Positions 53,826 to 64,000 of a DNA stretch of 64,000 bases are shown here, in pieces; position 1 is the stretch's first letter; each line of letters opens with the position of its first letter. Location of the stretch: positions 5,721,434-5,785,433 of the forward strand of contig CM082593.2 of NCBI GenBank assembly GCA_040954595.2. The letters are read 5' to 3'. The notes beneath the pieces are model-generated. The model was not told the DNA's origin. It worked only from the letters and a program-made list of their open reading frames with translations, and did not search any database. The translations under genes were made by a program, and so were the position numbers. Origin of the DNA: Balanoglossus misakiensis. Lineage: Eukaryota > Animalia > Hemichordata.

Positions 53826-55454
53826 TGAGTCATCAGTTATTCTGAGAATGTGACTTCGCTTTAGTTGATCCGAAAAGGGACCTAGCTATCGATTGTTGAG
53901 TTGTGTAAGACCGAAAGTGAAACCAGTCTGTCTATAGGATTAATTGTAAAGGTGACGTTTGGCGGGTGAGCAGAAACAGAGAGTGGACAGGAAGTGGGGA
54001 AATCACCGCCGAGTTTTAAATAGAAATATCTCGTGGTCTCTCCCGGCAGATGGTGTTTGTAGGTTTGGGTGAGAGTGAGCTCATAGTTGGCGCATAAAAT
54101 ACGAACATCTAATAGTTCACTTGACTTGTGAAAAAAATGTGGATGTTCAGTTACAGTAATTCTAGTCCTTTGTTCAATGCTGGGCTTCACTAGCGTCAGA
54201 TTTTCGGTTTGTGTCTTTCGAAAAGGGGAAATTGTTCGGTTTTCTACGTTTTTCTTTGAACGGCTGGATCTTTCGCATCCTGTCTGTGACATTTTAGTGT
54301 AACGGCGGTAATGACTGAATCCCAAATTGGCCGATCGGGAATGCCCTGTCTGAGATCAGGAATACTTAAGGCTCTCTCTGCTGTGATTGTTTATTTTTCA
54401 TTCTGGGTATCTACAAAATTAATCGCCCAACATAATTATCACGCTATACATTATATATCGAGTCAAGATTGACTTGAATTCTAAATATCAACAATATCAA
54501 TGGTGATTTTACATGCTAATAACAGTCTCTGTTGTTCATTTCTTGTTGAAATGGGTGTTGCTGCTATCATGTGGTTATTACAATCAGTCCACGGGAAAGG
54601 ATCGGTTTGGGAAGATTCATGCCTGTAATGGATGTTGGCCCTGTGCCTTGATCAGAAACCTGAGCCGGGATAACAGAATAATTAGGGGCTAGGGCTCTGA
54701 GCTCGGGAAATTCCAGCGGTCACGTGACCAACTTCCCATGACGTTGAGAAATACAAGATGGAGTAGTATCGGTGATTCCAACAATGTCCTGACGTGGTTG
54801 CTACGTATTACGGGGGCAGCACCGCCTGCTTGTGATCATTGAAATCACGTGCTTGTAACTATTCTAGTAATCAGCGCGTGGGCGGAAATTGTGCGCGGGC
54901 GGGGGCTGCTATGCCAGGTCACGTGACTTGGGTGTCTTCACCATATCGATTTGGAACTTGATTGAACCAGTTTTTTAAAACGAAAGACAAAAAATGCGAT
55001 TCTTGATACAGTTCGCTCTACTTATTCTGATTTTGTGTCGAAGAAAATGTTAACCTTTTCGTATCTGGAATTATTTGTTTATCCAGTTTCTACGAATTAG
55101 CCTTATTTGGGGACTGCTAGGTCTATTCATAAATCTGAAAATATGAAATTTCTCACAGGACACAAGTATTTAAGTTGGGATGATTTTGAATATCCGAAAA
55201 TTTAAAACAGACAGTTTTTTGTTCCGTCACTCCGTGGGACGACAGCCATAACGTGAAGTGGGTCAGACTAAGCTTGCAGATTATGGGAGCTGGTTTGAAA
55301 GCATGCCACCATCAAACGGTATATGAAGACATCTAAATTTATGAACGACATCCATTTATGATCCTGCAGACTAGATCGCATTTCAATAGTACTGTTGCTG
55401 TTTTTAGAAGTGTAAAGATAAATCTGGTCAGTGAAATCAACACTGAAAGTGAAA
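53826..55454. promoter_or_regulatory. Candidate innate-immune enhancer cluster
   Basis: AP-1 TGAGTCA at 53826; IRF-E GAAAGTGAAACC at 53913; ETS ACAGGAAGTG at 53987; kB GGGAAATTCC at 54705; GTCACGTGAC at 54719 and 54918; IRF-E GAAAGTGAAA at 55445. Confidence 0.55.
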
Positions 55455-56403
55455 TAAAGAACTCAATGTGTCGAACACATAAACATGACAAAAACATCCA
55501 TAGAGTCAGCCATGTTTACGCGGCTAGACGACAATTTGTTCATTAAAAATCTGAAAATCTAAAATGAGTTTTCCCTGCCAATTGAGATAAAATTAGAGAT
55601 AAAATTTTAGGAAACTTGGTGTTTCCTAAAATGCCATCTAATTTTTCGTATCTGAGTGAACAACTCGTCTGCTGGGACACTTGTCCACCGTGACTGGCCA
55701 ACGTTGTTCAATGCAGTGGAGGACATAAACATTCTGTCCACATGTTGGCCAAAATGACTGTGTAGAGACTTACAAGCAATTCAGTTTCCACGGAGAAAAT
55801 TGAATGAATAAACAAAGCGAATTGGTGTTGGTTGTCGGAAAGGAAATCTGGACAAACTATACACCATGGACATACTAAGAGAACACGGAGAAATTTTGAA
55901 AGCAGACAGCGTTTAGCGTCCGTACTTCTAGTCACCATGATATGATTTGCTTGCTGAAAACAGTGAGTGGAGATTTCCTTTCTGGTAATCAATGCAATAA
56001 GCTTAAACCGAGTATTTGGATAGTTTTGCAGAGTATGTCAGATGTTGGAAGGGACTTTTCGCTGAATTTTGGGGGCCAATCAACCAATAGTTCGTGTTAA
56101 TTCGTTTGAGTCTGAAATTAAAACAGGGCCGTATCAGTATCGCCCACGCAGCCGTACGTGCAGCACAACACACCGACGGCACAAAAGTTCAAAATCTCCC
56201 GGCAACTCGAGAACGGTGCACCGTGCAGAGGACCCCTCCTTAATACCCATTTTCTCTTAGCTTTTAAAATCTAGTATTTTTTCCGAAATTTTACATATAG
56301 TAACTATTTAGGGATTTTTAAAAACACAGTTAAAAGTAGCAGACATTTATGCGCTGAAGAGAAATAGAAGGCATGTATCATTTCCATTGAAGTCTGGCGT
56401 GCC

Positions 56404-56585
56404 TTAAAGGTATACAGTCACCTCCAATTTACATATCGCCATATATAGTTGAAATGGCGTATTTGAGTGTTCTAAAGAACGCTTTATTTTCGCGTGTGCC
56501 ACCCACTGAAAATCTGTGATTGGTTAGATCTCGATTTACCATGGTAACTGTGGCTAAATTTGTATAGGTGACCGTATACCTTTAA
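56404..56585. mobile_element. 174-bp MITE with 16-bp TIRs and TTAA target-site duplication (T2/Kolobok- or piggyBac-type)
   Basis: TTAA-AGGTATACAGTCACCT ... AGGTGACCGTATACCT-TTAA, 15/16 TIR match, no coding capacity. Confidence 0.85.
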
Positions 56586-59500
56586 ATTTCGCCTGTTTCG
56601 AACTTGTAGCCTAGCCACTGAACACAATCGAACTTTACGTCATTATAAACGTGGATGTAATTTCCTGTGATATTTCACCATTTAAATGATTGCGTGCTAT
56701 CTTAAACAAACGATGTTAGTCCGAAGAAGTTCGTTTCTCAACGAACAACAGTCAGTCAACTTTGGCCAATAGACTTCTGCAGGTGTCCGAGAGTGAACAC
56801 GTCTTGGCAACAACGTTTGTCTTCAGTGTCCAATACTTGAACTAGTCTAGTCTCTTCCCATGCAAATGGAACTGGCATCAATATACACTACCATTACTAA
56901 TAACTGTTCAGTTGGTGCAAGTCTCGTGACGCAACATCTCAAAATTTATCCGAGGTGCAACGGGCGACTTATTTTCATCAATACAGCTGGTGTGAAACGC
57001 AATATGGCGACTGGACGGTGTGACGTATTTGTAGTCTGCCATGTTTCAAAATCCTCGTCAAGCATACCTAGTATATACTCAGGGGGTTATTTTTGTTTGT
57101 GCAGAAACTGCATCCAACTCATCTTCTATACGAACACATGCATTGACGTTTATCCACAAACAAGTCTGCCCTCATGAATCAAGTTTGACCATCAAGAAAT
57201 TTTAGATCGTCTCTATCACGGTGATGGCAAACTGTAAAGACCAAATTCAAATAAACTGAGTCTGGAAACATCAAGGAATCACATGTATATAATTTCATGA
57301 AATAGAAGAATGTCAACACTGGTGTCATTTTTCAGCAACATTTTTCATCTCTTTGGGGGAGGAATTTCTCAACTTTAAGGTGACTTTTGTCACGGAAATT
57401 TTCTCCTTGATCATCCGCATTTTGATTATTATTCTATGATTGTATCCAAGACTGAACTTTGACCTCGACTTCAACAATCATTCAAGTGGCATTCTAACCT
57501 ATGATCGCCTAACCATAAATGGAATGCAAATTTCCACATTCCGTCACACTTTTCTCGCAAATTATCCAAATAGCGAACGACATGTACCCGGCCAATAATG
57601 CATTTTGAGATTGTATCTGGCGATTACCAAGAATTTCTTTTATTTCCGGAAGAAACGCTATCAGTTACATGTATGTGATGATATTATTATGAATGACAGC
57701 TTCTATATGTTTATATATTCCCTTTCATTAAGTTATGAGTTGGAATCACGTCCATATCTGTGCACAGTGGTACACTTTGCCCCTGGCTCAACTGGTTGTA
57801 ATGTAAATAGATGTGAATCTTATTGTGGGATGTGTAGACGTTCTGCCAAATGTCGGTGAAATCAATTGAACATTTGGTGGTTTTGATTTTGTTTAAATGA
57901 AGCAGGAGCCGACAAATCCGTAAAAAAAAAACACAAAGACGTGAGATTTTGCATATGCACTCTATCACGTTTGGAATCTTGCCAGAAATGCTGGCAAGTA
58001 CAACCGACGCGAGCATTGACTGCGATGGTATAATTATCGATTTGTGACATGACCGTCGCGTGGCCTGTCTCAGTCCCTGGCGCTTGTTGACCTGATTGGG
58101 AACTTGGATCACGGCTGGTACGGGTGATACTTCTGGATGCACAACAACATTCCTTTGGCGGTAAAGTAAAGTCGTGCCCTCTGTCGATGATTAGGCAGAT
58201 GGCGAATTTATGGTTCAGGCTTTTTGTGGACAGAAAACAATACCTCATTTGTGTGACGTGTGCCCTGTGGTTCACCTTGCAACTGACGCAAAAGCAGTCT
58301 GCTTCCATAGCAACCGATTTCCCTATACAACAGGAAGAGCAAATTGACTACTGCGAAAAAACAGATAACATTTACAGCGCATTGCATTCTGTAGATTGTA
58401 AAACAGTCGCTGGTTCCGTCCCCAAAATAATAGGCCCTAATGTTTCACGACAGGTCGTGAGCAACTTGTCAACTGTGGCATCCACTGATTGTTTTGAATT
58501 TGCTCGAACACTGTATTAGTTTCATAAGGTGTTTCCCTATTTAATGACGTCACCATTCCACCTGTTAAACTCGTTTTATGCTGCTGATTTGCAGGAGAGT
58601 GCGTGCATATATTTTTCGCTAACCGCAAATACTCAGGTGTTGATGAAGTGCTGGTGTCGGTGGAGATAACAAACTGTCCGCTAATTCGCTATTGCCGTAC
58701 TAGGTTTTAGTTGTCGTTAGTACAACCCACTTGAAATAACTATGCGAACACGGAAGGTACAAAGTGGTAATTATAATTTCAACTTAAATGCTTAAATGAC
58801 TGGGTTATCATGGTTAATAGTCATAGTATGAATAATTATGGTATTTAGTTCGGGTTATAAAGCGGGTTAAAATCACGTGACGACTGACCTTGCTAAGGTC
58901 GAGCCAATGACCGGCCTCCTTTAAAGAAGCCTTATCACTCATATTTATCTGGTCCACTGACGTCACATTTGATTAATTGGTCAAAATTTGGTGGATTCTC
59001 AGTATTACCGCTATGAAAGATTCAAAGTATCGAAGTAAATATAGTGCGTTGTCCAATTCAACGAATTGTACAATTTGTGAAACGTGTACGTAGGCACAGT
59101 CCCTCCACTGAGGGACTGTGACTTAGGCAATAACTGACAACACTTGTAAACAGGATAAAGCACAAATTCTGTGCGGAGGGTAACTTTTGTGGGGTGCCCA
59201 GGTCGTTGGTTGAGGGCGCAGGCAGAAGAGGTCAGCCATTCCCTCTCTGAAGACACCGGGGCCGGGTTTGTCATCTATGGCGTTAGGGATGACGACCCCA
59301 AAGAAGGCAGTATTTCCTGTCCCTGGTATATGAAACGGAGACGACGATGCTTGGGGTTGCAATAATTACGATTTGATACACCGCATAAATCACACAACAG
59401 TTGTGTTCTAAAACAACAAAAATGGAACGAGACGGGTGACAACCAACGCTTGGGATTACATCAATAAATCTTTCAAAAAAGATTTAAATGTGCAAATCAA

Positions 59501-62500
59501 TCACAGAATCACATTCTGGGGCGAAGGTGCAGGTATGCACCCACAGCCTTTGCTGTGTGCGTGTGTAACGCCTTCTACTGTTGTGATAATGCTTGTTAGG
59601 GCGTCGACAATGCATAGACAGCCTACAACGATAACGACTTGTTGCTATGTGAACGACTGTTTGGAAGGATAAACAACGATTGGTTGCTAGGAGATGATTT
59701 GGTTTTTTGTAGAATAAAATCAACACAGTGGAACTGGCAACAATGCGTGTCTTGTCTTGTCTTACAAAATGTGACGAATGGTCTTTGTGCGTTGTTTAAG
59801 TTTCTCGGCCCTGCCCATGTTTAAGCGTGCAGCTTTTGTTACCATGCTAACTATTTTTGTGTTGCTGTATTCATGACATCGTGAAACCAGAAGCCAAATT
59901 TTGAAGTGACCGACAAAAAAGTTTGCGTTGTTGGTTTTCATTGTTTTTAAAACCATTCCTGCATTTGCTGACCGTTTGGACACACAATGGACTGACCTGG
60001 ATCGGGTCTCGCCTGGCCCAATTCTCCAGATTTATCGTTGTGACCCGGTTTAACCTAATTAACATGTGTGGTACATCAACAGTCCATCCACCAAGCGAAC
60101 AATATTGACGGAACAAAACGCCCCGGGAGCGGTTATCAAAGCCACCTTGACCTTGACGGGTTTCTTATTCAAATTCTTTCAAAAATTCCTAGTCCCCCTC
60201 TTAAATTTCGACTCTCTCTAAGAGTGTTGTCAAAATGTTGTCCGCTGCATACACATATGCTACGAAGAACAACCTTTTAAACATAAGTTTTTCTACAGTT
60301 TGTTTGCGGTAAAGGATGCCATCAAACGATGTCTGGATGTTAATCTTTGTTATCCGTCAACTTTGACCTAGAGAGCAACAGGTCTCAATTGGGCCTCACG
60401 ACTCCTTCCTTCGACGCTTCCTCTTAACCTGCTGCTTATCACAAAGTCCGTTTTTATCAACGATAACAAAGGCGAGTGGTGAAATATCTTATCACTGGTG
60501 GAAATTGGCGTGTGTGAATTTGCACAGACCACAAACCGTAAAGTTAAGTTGCACCTCCCACTAGATACTTAAACCGCTACACTGAATAAAATATTTCTCC
60601 ATAGAAACCAGTAAATGTAGTGTCAATATCTTACAACTGGTAATGCCACTTGTTCACCATCACCGTGACTTCCATGAAAGTTGTCGATTTTTCGATATTG
60701 TTCATTAGATAACTCGAGAACTAAACTGCAACCGTGTGTATGCAAACTTTGATAGATATGAACGGTATAATTGAAACGTTAAGTTTGTCCAAGAAGTTCG
60801 CTCACTTAGTGATTTGGCTTGGCCTACATATAGTACCAGCTGAGGTAATCATGGGTTTTACTATACAGCAAAAAATGCTGAAGTGCCTATATTGTGACCT
60901 TAATTTGACAGTATGAAATGCAAACAATGTAATTCTAGTTTGCTTAGGGAAACGAATCAACAATCAACACCTGTGTAATCTGACAAGGGCAGCAAATCTA
61001 TGGCTGATTCGCTGACAGTTTGTTCCACTTGGGGCCTGGCATATTTCAGCAGTGCTTACATAAGGCAGGTCTCATACCAAGGGGTTGGGACACGGCCAGA
61101 CAGGCGCGACCACTGGGCTGTCAAACCCAACCAGTGAATAAGTTCAATAGACGCACGCGTGACACCTGTAAGACCTTTGCCGAAGTATTATTAGCATTCG
61201 TCCTTCAGACATGGCTTGCATGCCAACATTTTGGACGCCATGACAACACAAGATTCAACAAAGCTGTTTTGAAATGCTCGGTCAACTAGAGGAGAAACCG
61301 ACTACATGTACATTTCTTGCAATGCCAGCATGATATAACTTATAGCACAACCACTGATGACGTCACTACGACAAACATGCGATTTTTGCACGGTGAATTA
61401 TATAAGATGGAAACCTCTTATAGCCCTCTGGCAGCTGGGTTGTCGACTGTGACTATGGCCTAAATAGCATTCCTAAAACTCCCGTGCCGGTATCTCCGAT
61501 AATCTGTTAGTCGGTAAACATTTCTTATTTATCTAAATGCACAAATATCCTCATTGCACGATTTTTCTGAACACCACTGTATGATATGATAGGACAGCGA
61601 TACACTGGGTGAAAATAAGGCCGATGGCGGTCACCGTGCCTTGGACAGGAAACTGTTCTCTGTGATTTTTAATCATTACACATGCTCAATACAATACTGC
61701 ACCAGAGTTTATTAGACCGTGGTCGACAATCATTGTGCAGTCCCAAGAAAAAAATCAGGGCCTGTATAAACACGTTATTCTCGCAAACGATACCCTTGTT
61801 TTTCGCGATAATATTTTTTCATGATAGTTTTGGGAAGGTGTTACCATCGCCATGCAATTCTCATTTTTGATATTCCCGGTAATGTTAGTCAATACACCCA
61901 GGGTGTTCAAAAATAACTGATTTCTCATGAAATGAATAAAACCTATCCCAAGATAGTGGTTCTCGGAGAAGTGGGCTTTTTACTATAAACGGAAGGCACA
62001 TAATTGCTTTTAGCGAGAATCGTCGAAAATAAACACTTCTGAGACTGGGGCCGATTCTCCGTACCTGTGTTTGGACAATGCACACCTTACTGAGCAACCT
62101 TTCTACACCGCTGAGTGGGTGGGACGACGGCAATACGGGGAAATAAGTCAAGGGCCGAATTGCCTTTATATGGTATTGATTCGTAGAAATGTGTGGCGAT
62201 TTCTTGGAAAGGCGCTGATAAACCACAGCCAGTAAATACCAGAAATACTTAACACAATGGTGAAGTTATTGAGTCTGGGGTCAAAAGGTGTGACAGCCAG
62301 TACTTCAGCCCATTGTGTTGTTTGTTCTTTAAGTAGGTCATACATCGCGAACTCGGCAAGCTGTTAAATATCCGTAGTTTGCGCACGTAGGCTGCACACT
62401 TCTGCGGCACTTGGCAACAGAGCGGATCATGAGAAAACAAAAGGCCTGGAACTTTCAAACACTAGTTGGTGCTCTTTATCCCGACATCCCATTCGGCACT

Positions 62501-64000
62501 AACTCGTGGGGGTCGCGTGTCACCTATGCAAATTTAACCTAAGTTACCATGGCAAATTGAAATATAGCCAATGGCAATAATTTTCGGTTGGTACTGCAAT
62601 CATTCGTACTAGTGTGCAGAGATACCAATTACCATCTTGTTACCGGGGGGGGGGGGGGGTACAATTATACTGTAACTATGTACCGCATTACCAGTAACAT
62701 AAGAGGGCGTGCCTGTACGCTCACCTGTTGCTTGATGGGCGGACCTCGGCAAACTTGAAGGAATGGCAGCTTCTTTCGACGTAGAGTCCTGCAAATTTTC
62801 TCCAAGAAGTTCTCCAAAATCCTGGAACAAGTCATCCCCGACAGCGTTGGCGTTTATGCGTTGTTATCCGACGCGATCCTTGCATGGCGTCTACAAATAT
62901 TCAAAATGCACCTGGTGAAGCCAGCTGTTTTAATAGTGGGCGTGGTCACTCGACCAATGGAAATCTTTGTACACGGCTAGTGGCCGCACGTGTTCCAATG
63001 TATATGCGTCAAGATTTGTTCATGGTTTATACCAGGTGTTGCAACGTTGCTGACGTTTCGAACGCCACGTGGAACAGCAACCATGCATCGTGTCGTTCAC
63101 CCATGACCCCCCGACGATGTCTCCCGAATTTTCGGAGAGCAAAAACCCTAGTTTGGGGCGGCGGGCGAAGATGCTGTCATTACATAGTAAGCTTACCTTG
63201 TCGTAGTGCAGAATTCACGGAAAATATCTGGAGGACTCGTCGACAGTAAAACATTCTTCGCACTTTCTCAGTTTTTGAACATTTTCCAATCAGCTTGTGC
63301 ATGTGATGAAGTTGTCAGCTATTGGAAATCCCAGACTCCGCGAAGACGATCACTAGAGGGCGCTCTCAATAATACCACGTGCACAACTAGCTGTGCATTT
63401 TGACTGCCCGATTCGGAATTCATTTTCAGATCGCATAAAGTCTTGCTGAGCACGATATAAAACGGCATATGATGAATGTTGAAACGACCCAAAACGGGCC
63501 AAGCGACCATAAACCGGCTGAAACGACCTATTTCATCAAGTTTTTAATTTTATTAACAGAATAAGAAGATCTCCACATGAAACAGGCAAAAATAAGCTTT
63601 CTGCTAGCACTTTTATTCTCAAAGAAAGGTTTGATTTTTCTACATGGCAAAAGATTGGGTATAATGTTCTCTACATTCATCGACAGACGTGAAACGCTAT
63701 GACTTGTTTGACATGAAATGATCAGCTGCAGTCCCCTAAACACATGTGCTGTAATCTGATTGGGTCTCACAGGCCACATACAGTGCCATGGCAACAGTGA
63801 TCTTGCACATTTTCAAGATCTACTTTTTTGAAACCCTACCAACAACACCTTCAGGTACATAATGCAAATGAAAACCAATAATAAATTAAAAAGCAATTAT
63901 CATTAGTATACACAATTACAGTGCCTTAAAGTTTTTGTTCACAATCATTCCACTTCCTTCAAAAACTTAACATTTCAAATACAAATATCTTTCCAATTCA

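Noticed and set aside
59165-59365. GC-richer patch with ORFs on both strands, possible decayed retroelement
   Set aside because: No RT, endonuclease or transposase motif, TSD or tail could be recognised.
62725-62830. Possible in-frame upstream coding exon for the IRF gene (phase-1 donor fits the acceptor at 32607)
   Set aside because: There is no in-frame ATG before an upstream TAA, so it is at most a non-coding exon.
33000-64000. Dozens of 60-178 aa ORFs upstream of the IRF gene
   Set aside because: No recognisable domains, many non-ATG starts or simple-repeat translations, and no chain of phase-consistent exons. Small exons of an unknown gene cannot be fully excluded.

Overview
Animal nuclear DNA; intron style and gene content suggest a marine invertebrate (inference). 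Bases 1-~21035 are the end of an AT-rich 88-bp tandem satellite array. It has local higher-order duplications, switches orientation at ~16445 and ends in degenerate edge monomers. Next to it, on the minus strand, is an intact, intronless mitochondrial processing peptidase beta gene (PMPCB, 21649-23097) whose 3' part is abruptly GC-rich. Directly upstream on the same strand is a nine-coding-exon IRF1/IRF2-like transcription factor gene (26192-32596, ~429 aa, reconstructed by hand with consistent splice phases). I found no credible protein-coding gene in the remaining ~31 kb. That region instead carries many STAT (GAS), NF-kB, IRF-E/ISRE, CRE, E-box/CLEAR, ETS and YY1 motifs, several candidate non-coding first exons, a TTAA-flanked MITE, a hairpin and microsatellites. 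All motif functions and first exons are predictions from sequence alone.
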